A DNA stretch of 49,753 nucleotides from Octopus bimaculoides (lineage: Eukaryota), in assembly GCF_001194135.2 (NCBI RefSeq), contig NC_068988.1, positions 63,393,084-63,442,836 on the forward strand, read 5' to 3'. The position numbers were made by a program, and so were the translations under genes. The notes beneath the pieces were generated by a model, which saw only the letters and a program-made list of their open reading frames with translations, ran no database searches and was not told the DNA's origin. Positions 1 through 12,988 of the stretch are shown here, piece by piece. Every line of letters starts with the position of its first letter. The stretch's first letter is position 1.

Positions 1-385
1 TATATGCATGGACGGATGGATGTATATGTTGTTGAATCTCTTCTAATGTTAACCAAATAATTCATTGTGGTGAATACCATTAGTTCACCAGCAACACCTT
101 AGACCATTGAAATAAGTTATTTATTCACGAAGCGTTAGAGAATTATAAACTAAGCAGAAGACCACAGTCTGACTAATACCTTTTCTTTCCACTAGATTGA
201 AAGGCTGATAGAAGAATGAATGAAATAGACTGAGATACATATTATTTTCTTTGGAAGAATATATTAGATTAATTCATGTTCGTAGTTATATAAAAGGAAT
301 TCTGAACAAAATTGAATACTATTCTGTAGAATTACTGATCGTAATTACGAAGCTTCTGAAACACTTGTCTGTTTCACTTAATATC

Positions 386-584
386 CTTTTTATTCTAAGC
401 GCAAGGCTTGAAATTTAGAGGATCTGGGCTAGTCGCTTTCATTGACCACAGTACTTAACTGGTACTTATTTCATCGAGCGTGAAAGGATGAAAGGTAGAA
501 ATTGAACACAATAAGTAAAGAATGATGATATATCGCTAAGCATTTTGTCCAGCGTGCCTCACAATTCTACCAGATTGCCGACTT
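386..584 (-). mobile_element. tRNA-derived SINE, family A, diverged copy
   Basis: Aligns by eye with 38544-38776 and 23858-24042 (aactggtacttatttcatcga..gaaaggatgaaagg; gctaagcatttt..gcgtgc..ttctaccag..gcc). It has lost about 15 nt around the B-box region. Confidence 0.75.
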
Positions 585-600
585 CCTGTTTGTCATGATA

Positions 601-660
601 TCGATTTCAAATTTTGGCACAAGGTCAGCAATTTCAGATGAGGAGGTAAGTCGATTATAG
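601..660 (-). mobile_element. Family A SINE 3' fragment
   Basis: tttcaaattttggcacaaggtcagcaattt is the reverse complement of the tail at 24006-24037 (aaattgctggccttgcctcaaaatttgaaa). Confidence 0.65.
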
Positions 661-881
661 TGTGTGTGTATGTGTGCTCGTGTGCGCGCTTTTTGTTTGT
701 TTCTGGGTATGCTGGTCAGCTGAATTCGAGCTGCAGTTCATTGTACTTATTTCTATGAAAGCTAAACTTCAACGTTTCGGCATTTATAGGATTCTAAGAC
801 CAAGTCCTTGAGCATTTACATGCATACATACATAGAAAAATACAGACATACATTCATATGTATACGCATTTGCATTTATAC

Positions 882-915
<34 letters not shown>

Positions 916-1893
916 TCATATATATATATATANNNNNNNNNNNNNNNNNNNNATATATAGTGACAGAGGGAGAGAGAGAGCTAGAAAGATATCTTCATAT
1001 GAATGCATATATACACACATGTATGCATCTACATCTATTTATTTATCTATCTACACATCTCTTCCTCCCTCTCTCCTACTCTATCTATCTATCAATACGT
1101 GTTTGTGTGTGTGTGTCTATCAACATACATGGGGAAGTTAATATGGAGTTTTATTGCCTCAGTAATCCTACTAACTATATAAATAATAAGCAAATGGATG
1201 TAACAATGATGCGTATAATATATTTGATTCAAAGCGCTAGCAAACCTTCTCTCTGCATCTCCCTTCTCCTAACTCATTCTCTTCTTCTGCCTCTTTCAAA
1301 ATCACTCCCTTTTATTGTCCATCTCACGTTCTCCCTCTCTCTTGCTCCCTTTTTCTTTCTCTCTCTCACCATCTCTTTCTCGCCTCCCGTTTTTTCTCCC
1401 TCCCCTTCTGTTTCTCTCTCTCCCTCTCACCCACTCTTTATTAGTATTCTTCTTTTGTCTGTATTTTGTATGTTATGTTTTCTAGTTTGAAATTTCGCAG
1501 TATATCAAACTGATTTCAATTAACGCTTCATATGATTTAAGTAGATTTGGGAGGAAAATATTTGAAACCTCAATGAGTTTTGTCCACTGAGGATTAACAT
1601 GCTTCCTTAACAGTGAAACATATGCACCAAAATTCGTATGTTATGTGTTTTATAGTCTATTAAACGTACTTGAGTTGTGGAGAGGAAGGCCACTTGTAGA
1701 GAGAAAGGGGAAGAGGAGAGCAGCGCAGAAATTGGCAAGAGAGGGTCAGAAAAGTAGAGAGAAACCGAGGAATAGAAAAATTTGAATAGGTAAAGGGAGA
1801 GACATATTGAATGTCATAGTGAATAGGGAAAGATAGATAGATAGCTACTTAGAGAGATTAGCTACTTAGAGAGGTTGTTAGATAAAGAGAGAG

Positions 1894-1957
1894 GGGTGGA
1901 GAGAGATGGAGAGAGGTGGAGAGAGGTGGAGAGAGGTGGAGAGAGGTGGAGAGAGGG
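1894..1957. repeat. 10-bp tandem repeat (GGTGGAGAGA)n, about 6 units
   Basis: Read directly from the sequence. Confidence 0.9.
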
Positions 1958-1974
1958 AGAGACAAGCAGACAGG

Positions 1975-2342
1975 CAGACAGATAAATATAAATATAGAAG
2001 CATACATATTCACATGCATACATATATTCATAAATTTGAGTGGTAGGCAGACAGACAGCAGACAGACACACAGACAGACACGCAGACAAACAGACACACA
2101 GACAGACACACAGACACACGGACAGACAGGCACACAGACATACAGATAGATATAAATATAGACACATACATATACACATGCGTACATGCATTCATAAATT
2201 TGAGTGGTAGACAGACAACAGACAGACAGACACACAGATAGACACACAGATATATATATAAATATAGAAACATACATATACATATGCGTACATGTATTCA
2301 TAAATTTGAGTGGTAGACAGACAGACAGACAGATAGACAGAC

Positions 2343-2396
<54 letters not shown>

Positions 2397-2571
2397 NNNN
2401 NNNNNNNNNNNNNNNNNNNNNNNNNNNNNNNNNNNNNNNNNNNNNNNNNNNNNNNNNNNNNNNNNNNNNNNCACATATATATATATATAAATATAGAAAC
2501 ATACATATACATATGCGTACATGTATTCATAAATTTGAGTGGTAGACAGACAGACAGACAGATAGACAGAC

Positions 2572-2640
<69 letters not shown>
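1975..2640. repeat. Higher-order tandem repeat: unique core interleaved with GACA/GATA microsatellites
   Basis: Core cataaatttgagtggtag(g)cagac recurs at 2029, 2193, 2299 and 2528, each preceded by ataaatataga.acatacatat and separated by variable (GACA/CA/GATA)n. An N gap lies inside. Confidence 0.85.
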
Positions 2641-2641
<1 letters not shown>

Positions 2642-3361
2642 TGAGATGAAATAAATCAATGTTGATGAAGATTGGTTCAGAGCTGTAGTGACGATTTTTT
2701 CACAATCAAGAGCCATTTATGTCATTTCCTATGACCCAAGCTTTTAAAAGGTCTTTTCATTCAGCAAGTGTTTATTTATTAAAAGCAAATTCGTTTTCCC
2801 AGATTTCTCTCTCAATTGAAAGCAATATCTATTTGATAAACCATATGTAACTGAGTAATAATGCATATTTCACAGCAGCCTTTCAACGATATGTAAACAG
2901 CTGAAGGAAGACAAATACTTTATTTGTGGGACCCATTTAAAAGCAGACATTACATTTATAACAAACTGGTTATAGGACGGAACCGTAAAATGGAAAAAAA
3001 AGGTAGAATGAAAGTAAGTGGTTGTTGAAAGCAACTAAGAAAGGGATGTAAGAAGGAAGATTGTGTGAGATACAAAACGGCAAAATGTGAGATGTTAGTT
3101 ATTTTATACAGGAGATAGATAAAAGAAATTATAGTGTGAAGAGGGTAGAAAAGATTTCAATAAATTCAGTAAATAGGTAAATTAGTAAATAGGTCATTAA
3201 AAACGAGTAAATCATTAACACGATCGGTTTTTTTTTTCCAGAACTGCTGATTTACGAGAACATAAACAAAGAAACAGCAATTGTTAAAATAATGATGGCT
3301 GACAAACACAAATACGAACACACACACATACTTACACACACACATATGCATACATATATAG

Positions 3362-3487
3362 CACGTGCTTCGTTCAGTTTTCGTCCTTCAAGTTCACTCG
3401 CCTATATATTCCGACCAAAGTTACAGTAGACAACAATTGGGCCAGCTGACACGCAGTGGGACTGAACTTTGAACCATTTGGTTACTC

Positions 3488-3490
<3 letters not shown>
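3362..3490 (-). mobile_element. Family B SINE 5' half, diverged
   Basis: cacgcagtgggactgaac..aaccat and cttcgttcagttttcgtc match the head of the copies at 36059-36430 and 47543-47920. Confidence 0.65.
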
Positions 3491-3556
<66 letters not shown>

Positions 3557-4834
3557 CATGTATATATCTATCTACTGATATATATGCTCACTAACTTCGC
3601 TTACACAGGTGTACACAGACACTGATGCAAATCTCAGCTTACAACATCAAGCACCTCCGAACCACCGGCATACCGCCTGTACACACATCCCTTCATAACA
3701 TAACACACCAGGCATAAACATTGCACATAACTACCACTTAATTCCTTTACACTAACCGTATTCATTCAAATTACGCACACAACGTTTTGCATCACATACA
3801 TGCTTAAACATAAGTTGTATGTTAGTGTGTAGGTGTGGTGGTGTGTTCGTATGCTTGTTGTGTGTGTGCCCTTGTGTGTGTGTGTGTGCGTGTGTGATGT
3901 ATATGTGTACTTTTAATGTACATACATTTACGTTCGTATTTGGATTCTTAGATTACAAAATTGACTGTTGCGCAGTTACGTACACGAGCTCTGTATCCCT
4001 TGACAGACGTTGGATGCTATTTAACGACTACACAAATGAAAATGTTGCTCGTTTAGCTACACTTGCGCACGCTCGCTACTATCATGAAATATCCACTCTT
4101 TTCTCACTTAAATTGCCTTGCTAGATCATATTTTTCTATCCCTTTCCTATTCTCTTCCTTAACAGTCTCTTTTCATCGCTTTCTCTACTTCTCTTTGCCT
4201 CTCTCTCTCTCTTTCTTTACTTCTCTTTACTCTTTCTCTCTCTCTCTTTCTCTCTACCTCTCCCCACATATTCTGTTTCCCTTCTTTACTCTCTATTTTC
4301 CCTCTATCTGCAGACAGGGAAGGAACAATGTGAGAAGAGAAATAGTAGAGACAGATAGAGGCAGAGAAAGCAATAAATAAAATGCCTCAAACCTTTTTCC
4401 TCACTCGTACCATGTTACTCTCAGCGTAATCCAGAGTGTGTCTTCACTTCTAGTCCTTATATCCAACATATCATCTTCCATTTTACACTAGGCCCGCCAT
4501 GTTAACAGACCTCCTAAATTTAGTATCATGTACTTTTTGTTTTTTTCTTGCGATAATACTACGTTATGTTTTTTTTTTAATTTCTTTTCCTTCTCTTCGC
4601 GTATTTATATTTCATTCTACATTTCTTCCTTACTTTTTCTTTATATTCCCATGCTTATCAACCATAAACATTTCAATGCGTTGTGTTATTGTTTTTCCAC
4701 CTTGGCTCATAATCCAATTCGTCTTATACTAGCATTTGAATGGGCACGTGTGCGTCCGTGTGTGAGCGTGTGTGCGTAAATGCCTGTTTGTGTGAGATAC
4801 TATGTTTGTGTGTACGTTTATGCAAGTATATATA

Positions 4835-5066
4835 CAGCGACGGGGTCACAATCATGGGGTAGTGAGTTCGAATCTCGGACCGGGCTGTGCGTTGTGTTCT
4901 TGAGCAAGGCACTTTATTTCACGTTGCTCCAGTTCACTCATCCGTAGAAGTGAGTTGCGACGTCATTATTGCCAAGCGGTGTCGGCCTTTGCTATACCCT
5001 TGGATAACATTAGTGGCGTGTAGACGTGAGACTGGGGTACATGAAAAACTGCTGGTCTTCCATCAA
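4835..5066 (+). mobile_element. tRNA-derived SINE, family C
   Basis: Perfect Pol III B box GTTCGAATC at 4866, followed by gttgtgttcttgagcaaggcactttatttcacgttgctccagttcactca. This is the kind of post-tRNA segment (TTGAGCAAGGCACTT) seen in several invertebrate and vertebrate SINE superfamilies. It ends in (TATG)n. Confidence 0.65.
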
Positions 5067-5139
5067 TGTATGTACGTATGCATGTTTGTATGTAAATATG
5101 TATGTATCCAATGTATGTATCCAATGTATATATGAATGT

Positions 5140-5186
<47 letters not shown>

Positions 5187-5278
5187 GATAGATAGAAACA
5201 GAAGCACACACACACACATACAGACATACACATACAGACAATGTGGTACGTAGTGATATCTTATATTGTCCCTAACAG

Positions 5279-5293
5279 GGTTAGCTAAGATCG
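5279..5293 (+). CDS. Candidate 15-nt micro-exon (phase 1/1, GLAKI-G)
   Basis: ccctaacAG|GGTTAGCTAAGATCG|GTatga. Only the phase-1 frame is open, and it matches the phase of the next candidate exon across a 73-nt GT-AG intron. No homology recognised. Confidence 0.22.
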
Positions 5294-5366
5294 GTATGAC
5301 TGCTTCCGTTAATATATTAGATATTCCATCCTCAAATCATACCCTGCGTTTTTATCATTTTGCCAG

Positions 5367-5503
5367 GTTTTTATAATTTGCTCCCACATACACTATACAT
5401 GGAAGGAAACAGACAGAAATGCTACCGATCGAAGTCTGGAATCTTAGATGTTTGCGAGCAGGGAAAACCTAGTTCGATCAACAGCGCCGTTCGCAAAAAC
5501 ATG
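5367..5503 (+). CDS. Candidate coding exon of an unidentified gene
   Basis: tttttatcattttgccAG acceptor and ATG|GTatgt donor in non-repetitive DNA. Open frame GFYNLLPHTLYMEGNRQKCYRSKSGILDVCEQGKPSSINSAVRKNM. No protein family recognised. Confidence 0.3.
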
Positions 5504-5895
5504 GTATGTTAGTTGAATGCATATATGTAAGACACTATATTCTCGAATGAAAATACACATATACGAATATCTACTAGCATAAAAGCACAAACATATACAT
5601 ATACAAACACAAATGCATCAACACATCCAGGTAGGTGAGCAAGTATATAATATCTAAAAGATACGCTCAACACACAACATTACGCAAACAGACGGACAAA
5701 ATCACTCACCTAATACATGTTGAAACATGTGTATGTTTGTATGCATGTGTGTATATGTGTCTCTGTGTGTCTCTGCGTGTGTATGCGCATGTGTGCATGA
5801 GCATGTTTGTAGATATAGATATATATATATACGCATATGCACATGTCTGTGCAGATGAGTAGTTTACACATATTCATCTCCATATACATACATGC

Positions 5896-5952
<57 letters not shown>

Positions 5953-6805
5953 TATATACATATATAAATATGTACATAATGCATTAATATAAACATAATC
6001 TAATATACATACATACATACATACATACAAACATACATGCATGCATGCATACATGCACACACACACATGCACAAACAATCGAGAATCTGTCGAAGACTGG
6101 TGTAAGAAGAGAATTCAGGTGGAAATGGCTTTACTTTAGCATTTAAAGACCCCTTAATCCCATTGTTGTTGGTAAAACTGTATAAATCAACGGAAGTGAA
6201 CGCCACTGATAGAAAGAAAGAGATACAACGTAAAGTTGGACAAAAGACTCCACAGAACACACTAAGATTAAGAAAAGAAAGAAACAAACAAAAAAACAAA
6301 GAAAGAAAGAAAGGAAGAAAGAAAGAAAGAAATGTATAGCATAATACGTAAATAAATGAAGGGGGAGGAGGAGAGAAAGAATGGGAGAAAGAAAGAAAGT
6401 AATAGAGTAAGAATGAAAGGCTGTAATAACGAAAGTAAAAACAGAAAAAAAGGAATAGGGAAATAAGGAGAGCTCGAAAGGCGAATAGTATTAAGTAAGG
6501 AAATGCGAAATGAAAGAAGGAAGGCGAAAGGAAGGAAAGAAAGTACAGTATAAACAAAGGCTAGAAAATGGAAAGAAATGAATATTATAAAATGTTATAA
6601 CGTTTGGCAATATAGGATAACTAAGAAATGTTAGCTAGGACAATAAGCACACTCCTGCACATACACAGGAAGTACTGGCAAAAACGGAAGAACAATACAA
6701 AGAAAAGACACAGAAGAAATCAAATATATAGTGCTAAAACAATGTTAGAGAAAGAAGGAGTGAAGGAGCCACAGGGAGGAAAAAGATAAAGGAAAAGAAA
6801 CTGAG

Positions 6806-6866
<61 letters not shown>

Positions 6867-7148
6867 TACTGTAACAAATGTTGACGACGAGAGAGAAATA
6901 ACAAAAGACAACATGGTAGTCTATTCATTTGTAAAGAAACGGTATTTCACGCAACAGAAGAGTGCACTTGGCATAACTGAATTGGGCCAAAAGCCTTCCA
7001 GATCGCTTGAGTAAAGTTTTTCGCGTGGAAGTAATAGTTCTGCCAATGCTAGTGCTAACGTCAATCCGATGTGTGTGACCGTACAGTCAGTGCGTACGTG
7101 TATGCTTGTAAAAATGCTCCTGTATATCATGCATACATACATACATAT

Positions 7149-7179
<31 letters not shown>

Positions 7180-7358
7180 NNNNNNNNNNNNNNNNNNNNN
7201 NNNNNNNNNNNNNNNNNNNNNNNNNNNNNNNNNNNNNNNNNNNNNNNNNNNNNNNNNNNNNNNNNNNNNNNNNNNNNNNNNNNNNNNNNNNNNNNNNNNN
7301 ATATATATATATATATATATATACACGCATGTACAGATATATACATATATATACACAC

Positions 7359-7391
<33 letters not shown>

Positions 7392-8172
7392 TATATATAT
7401 GCACGCATGTATGTATATAAATAGGTATGCCTGCGTTTATTGTGTATGTGTATAAACAGCGTAGAATCTGTGTGCAAGTTTCGGTAAGACGTGTTCTCAG
7501 AAAGTGTACGACAGTGCATTCGGATATATACATACGTATGTATATACACACACGTACACACATATATGTGCGCATGACTGTATATATTCACATAAATATA
7601 TACTTGCGTACATACATGTGTGTTAGCTGCGTGGAGTTTACACTCTTAAGTATGTGTATATATACATGTGAGTGTATATATACATGTGAGTGTATATATA
7701 TATATGTGTGTGTGAGACTCAGGCATACTTGTGTGTGTAGTCACAGCTTACAACACAATGATCATACATCTTGTTGGGATATAGATATATATTTAGGTTA
7801 AATAATCACAATAAATCCAACTAAATACATAAAATAATATCAAATAATACATTAAAAACTAGTAAATATGATATTCAAATTTTATTAAATTTTCTCGTTG
7901 TCTATTAGAGTTTAAGATCTAAAAGTTAATATCTATATAACAATATACGCAGCTTCCTACTACATCCAAATATACAACTGGAAGCATGTCTATATCTGAA
8001 AAGCATCACTGCACAGTTTTAGGCCCCGTTTCTATACTACTTCTATGACTAAATATTTAACACATAATGTTTGTGATCGTGTGTGTGTGTGTGTGTGTGT
8101 CTGTGTGTCTGTGTGTAAGTGTACAAGTGCATGCAATGCGAACTCTATGGAAACTACCTGCACACTTATATA

Positions 8173-9062
8173 CGAGGTGGTACTCAAAACTAACCGACAA
8201 ATTATCTGTGAGTTCAAACAATTTGCCCGTTGTAGTTCAGGCTTTTGCTGCTAGAAGCCATTTGATACGAGCTTCGGCTAACAGTCTGCCTCCTGGCGTC
8301 GTTTCTGCTGCCATGTCATGTGTCTTTCATTTGCAGGGCTTCTCCCATGCGTGTCGATTTTTGTGATGGCTGAAAATAAGGAATAGCATGCTTCCGTGAA
8401 TTTCTAGGGAAAACAGCGGTCGAAAGAGTTGACATGCTGCAAACAACTTACAAGGAAGCTGCCATGAGCAGAACACAAGTTTACGAGCGGTTTTCATGCT
8501 CAAGGAATTGTCACTTGTCGACCAACCTCGTTCAAGGGAGTCTACCGACCTCCCAAACGAGTGAGAACATCACGAATATTGATGAGCTAATCTTGGATGG
8601 CCGTCACCGAACAACTGATGAACTTGTTTATATGACTGGTGTGTCTTGGAGCTCCTGCCAACGGTAATTATACAAGGAATTATCAATGGAAATAATTGGA
8701 GCACAATTTGGGCCTGGCTTTCTCACGGAAAAGCAAAAGCAGTCACAACTGAATGAGTGTCGTAAACTGAAAGAACAGTTGGAAGTTAATCTAGATCTTT
8801 TTTCGAAGATCATCACTGGTAATGAAACCTGGTGCTACAAAATCTGAAGATGTAGAAGAAGCAAACAACAGTTAAAAAATGACGAAGGTGTTAAAAGGCA
8901 TCAATTCGCAAGAGTTCCAGCACTGCTTCAAACGGTGGAAAACGAGTCTGGTCCAATGCATTTCTTCAAATGGGGAATACTTTCAAGTCGCTAAAAGTGT
9001 AAACATGTAAATATATGTGAATGAAATATCGCAAAATTCCAGTTCCTTTCGAGTACCCCTTG
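8173..9062 (+). mobile_element. Mariner DNA transposon, internally deleted and non-autonomous
   Basis: 5' TA then cgaggtggtactcaaaactaacc; the 3' end reverse-complements to caaggggtactcgaaaggaactgg (imperfect TIRs). It encloses a decayed mariner transposase. Confidence 0.9.
8366..8990 (+). pseudogene. Mariner transposase pseudogene
   Basis: Reads MAENKE*..LGKTAVERVDMLQTTYKEAAMSRTQVYERFS..ENITNIDELILDGRHRTTDELVYMTGVSWSSCQR*LYKEL..FGPGFLTEKQK..LFSKIITGNETWCY, then jumps to the C-terminal EDVEEA..KGINSQEFQHCFKRWKTSLVQCISSNGEYF. ITGNETW corresponds to mariner ITGDETW. It has stops, frameshifts and loss of most of the catalytic domain. Confidence 0.9.
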
Positions 9063-9221
9063 GCATTTATATATGCATATATATANNNNNNNNNNCCATG
9101 TAGAGGCCTCCCTCATTGGCTCATACATATATACATATATAAGTATTAATCTGAGTGTGTGTGTGTTTATACACATGTGTATGCATGTGTGATTTTGTAT
9201 CTATACATGTGTGTGTGCATG

Positions 9222-9665
9222 CTTCCATCGCTACCTCAAGTCGGCTCTGGAACCTGGCTCCTGTGTGACACATTGTATCCCTGAGATGATCTCTTAACTT
9301 CTCTTTGATCTTGGCCACATCAATGGCCCTGGTGTTGCTGGGATAAGGCGCAGAATTTTGCTGCCACACATATAGCCATCCAGCAACAATCCCTCTCCAG
9401 CCAGGTTTTGACCACAGTTACCAGCTGCTTCATATAGTCGCCTTAATTGAGCCTAAGTATCTGTTCAACGATTTGGCTATGAATTTCGGCTTTTGTGCGC
9501 ATTAAGAACTCATGTTCTACTCCTTCCTCCAAGACGCAGCCCCGTAGTCTCCGTTGCCGTTGCAGTTGTACATATCACACCTTTATGGTTTACACAGAGC
9601 ATCCAGCAGCAATCATAAACGCTTGTATTCTGATACCTGGCGCCAACCATTATGCTACAGGTAAC
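9222..9665 (-). mobile_element. Second Tc1/mariner-superfamily transposase remnant (maT/DD37D-like), multiply deleted
   Basis: Minus-strand pieces in order: MIAAGCSV*TIKV, NGDYGAASWRKE..PKFIAK, LRLN*GDYMKQLVTVVKTWLER/IVAGWLYVWQQNSAP, VAKIKEKLRDHLRDTMCHTGARFQSRLEVAMEA. WQQ(D>N)SAP is the second-Asp motif; the SPDLNP segment is missing. Subfamily call is from recollection. Confidence 0.75.
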
Positions 9666-9835
9666 TCATTTCTAAAATTCATACGATTCCCAGTATTCCA
9701 TATAAGGTAACTGCAATGTTATTTCTTATGCTCTCCAACACCGTTGATTGTCCACCTATACATAAAGGTGATCTTCAAAACCAGAGCAGAATAACTAATC
9801 CTCAAATTTAATGTGAACACCCTGTGAGTGTGTGT

Positions 9836-9874
<39 letters not shown>

Positions 9875-10369
9875 TGTATGTCTGTGTGTGTGTGTGTGTG
9901 TGTTTGTGTGTCTGTGTCTGTGTCTGTGTCTGTGTGCTTATGCGTATGTAGGCATGTGTATGTAATGCACACTTTTCGTGTGTGCCTTTGGCAGTTTGAT
10001 TTCGTGCGGTTGTGCGTTATATTTTGCTCCATAATTTCTACTTCGTTTTTATGCGAACGAACATGAGATAATTTTATGGTGCTCGAAAATATTGAACGAT
10101 CATTTCGATTCTTCTCAGAACATATTGTTATGCACTAGAAAATCCTACGCACTCGTTGCTAGAATATATCTAGCATCAACATAAATATATAGTATTAGTG
10201 TATTAATTTTTCTGTAGAACAATACATTCGTTGAAAATATAGAAAATAAGCAACGTATAGCATTTTGTATAAATTCAGGAACTTTTTGTCACACGCCTAT
10301 ATAAATGGCACATTCAGTAGAACTTAATAGTAGGCTAGGGAGAACAGCCGGATAGGATATCATGTAGTT

Positions 10370-10612
10370 ATATATGTATGCATGTATGTATATATGTATT
10401 ATGTATGCATGTGTGTATGTATGTATGTATGTATGTATACGTATGTATGCATGTATGCATGTATGTATGCATGAATGTATATATGTATGTATGCATGTAT
10501 ATATGTATGCATGTATGCATGTATGCATGTATGCATGTATGTATATATGCATGTATGTATGTATGCATGTATGTATGCATGCATGTCTGTCTGTATGTAT
10601 GTATGTATGTAT
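10370..10612. repeat. Compound (TATG)/(CATG)/(ATGC) microsatellite
   Basis: Read directly; a nearly continuous purine-pyrimidine alternation. Confidence 0.9.
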
Positions 10613-11054
10613 CTAATAGCTCAGTTTTATTTCAAGATTTCTTGCCAATAAAGAGATGGGTATTTTTGGTTGTAAGATATGTAAGTATATGTGCAGATTT
10701 GTATGTTTTGCTTTACGTGTGTATTCTCATGCATATAGTTGCATATCTAAAAAATGATCGTATGTGCGTATGAATTCTATGCTTTATTATTTTACTTATT
10801 TTGCTCAGTCGGATCCGGCAATATTGGAACACTACTTTTAATATTTTAGACCATCATACAAATCGCAGGTTTTCTTCACGTTGTTGCTTAATTTTTTGTA
10901 TAGTTTATCGCAGCCAAGTTCACGGGAGATAAAAATAAACTGAAAGAGGGAAAGGTTCATACGCAGAGAAACCAATCTATGCATACACGTTCTGGGCTTT
11001 TATCTATAATTTGTTTCAGTCACTAGACTATGGTCATGCTAGGGTACCGCCTTA

Positions 11055-11144
<90 letters not shown>

Positions 11145-11824
11145 CAAGTATGTGGTTGCGTATATGTACGTGTGTGAGTCGTGAGTGAAAGGTTTTTGTA
11201 CATGCTAGAATATGGAAACCGGTGTGTGTGCAGTAGATATGCATGTATTATGTGGGTTGTGTAAGTTATGTATATGGGTCTCAGTCTAATATATTTACTG
11301 TATATATACATTATTTTTTTTTTTTACTTGCATTGCTTTTTACTGCTTTCGTTTTTATTTTTTTACACTTAGGTATTTGTTTTGGAAGGTTCCTGATGTG
11401 AAATCGCGTATTGAATCATTTATTGTTATATTTCGGAATGGTCAGGGTTTTTTAAAATTTTTTCTATCTTTCTTTTTTTTTTTTGCCGAATAATCACACG
11501 CACTATACACTCGTTCTTCACCTCAGATTTATTTGTTCCTATTTTATGTCCTTTGTTTGGAATTTTTTCGACACACATGTTGTGACCTCTTCACCCACAC
11601 TCCATTCCACTCATCCATCTCTTCCTGTTCTGCTGAAGCCGTTTGTATTTATGTTGCCGATTATTGCACGTTCACATGAACCTTCTACGTCCTTCCGACG
11701 ATGATTTGGTCCACATAATTCTTGGAGTACATCGATTTTGTACCTGTGGTGATACGTTTACCATGTTTGTCATATTTGTGGCTTACTTCATCCACAGCGC
11801 ATTATATATGTAACCTTAATGGGG

Positions 11825-11861
11825 AGATGAGGACAACGGCGACGAAGAAGACGTCGACGAC

Positions 11862-11892
<31 letters not shown>

Positions 11893-11945
11893 AAGAAGAA
11901 GATGATGATGATGATGATGATGATGAAGAAGAAGAAGAAGAAGAA

Positions 11946-11981
<36 letters not shown>

Positions 11982-12365
11982 GAAGAAGAAGAAAAATAGA
12001 AGAAGAAGAAGAAGAAGAAGAAGAGGAGGAGGAAGAAGAAGAGGAGGAGGGAGAAGAAGAAGTAGAAGAACAACAACAACAACAACAAGAACAAGAGAAA
12101 AGAAGTAGAAGTAGAAGAAGAAAAAAGAAGTAGAAGAAGAAGAAGAAGAAGATGATGATGATGATGATGGTGATGACGATGATGATGATGATGACGATGA
12201 TGATGATGATGAAGATGATGATGATGATGAAGAAGAAGAAGAAGAAGAAAAATAGAAGAAAAGGGGAAGACGATGAAGAAGAAGAAAATAAGAAAAAATG
12301 AAGAAGAAAAATAAGAAAAAATGAAGAAGAAGAAGAAGAAGAAGAAGAAGAAGAAGAAGAAGAAG

Positions 12366-12397
<32 letters not shown>

Positions 12398-12700
12398 GAA
12401 AGAGGAGGAAAAAGAGGAGAAGAAGAAGGTGGAAGAGAAGGAGAGGAAGAAGAAGAAGGAGAAGAAGAAGAAGAAGATGAGGAAGAAGAAGAAGAAGAAG
12501 AAGAACAACAACAACAAAAACAAGAAGAACAAAAACAAGAACAAGAACAAGAACAAGAAGAACAAAAACAAGAACAAGAAGAACAAAAACAAGAACAAGA
12601 ACAAGAACAAGAAGAACAAGATCAAGAACAAGAACAAGAAGAACAAGTACAAGTGTGAAAAAAAACAACAGCAGCCATGGCAACAACAATCACAACAACA
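11825..12700. repeat. Compound trinucleotide array (GAA/GAT/GAG/CAA, AAC-AAG hexamers)
   Basis: Read directly. It explains the supplied poly-K/L/F/S ORFs. Confidence 0.95.
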
Positions 12701-12879
12701 GGTAAAGTAAGCATATACAACTCCATAAACGGAAAAAAAGTATATGAGAACAATGATCGACTAATGTAACCTACAAATATAGATCTCTATTGCCCGAGAA
12801 ACAGTGTTGTACTCATTTTTAGCTTTTCAACAGAAGCATGGCGCTACACCTTGTGTTGCAAGAGAATCACGTCGGAATC

Positions 12880-12929
<50 letters not shown>

Positions 12930-12950
12930 NNNNNNNNNNTTATTATTATA

Positions 12951-12988
<38 letters not shown>

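Noticed and set aside
1129-1182. MGKLIWSFIASVILLTI signal-peptide-like ORF
   Set aside because: It stops after 17 codons with no convincing donor site.
4835-4880. tRNA genes at B-box motifs (4866, 36390, 38695)
   Set aside because: No cloverleaf or acceptor stem; each motif runs into SINE body sequence.
6921-7100. Minus-strand peptide LALALAELLLPREKLYSSDLEGFWPNSVMPS
   Set aside because: No usable splice sites or homology; part of it resembles a decayed SINE head (ttggcagaac..).
11802-12689. 295-aa and 263-aa ORFs, plus nearly all other supplied ORFs
   Set aside because: They are translations of stop-free micro/trinucleotide repeats or N-runs. The caller also uses GTG/TTG starts and ignores splicing, which is inappropriate for this eukaryotic DNA.
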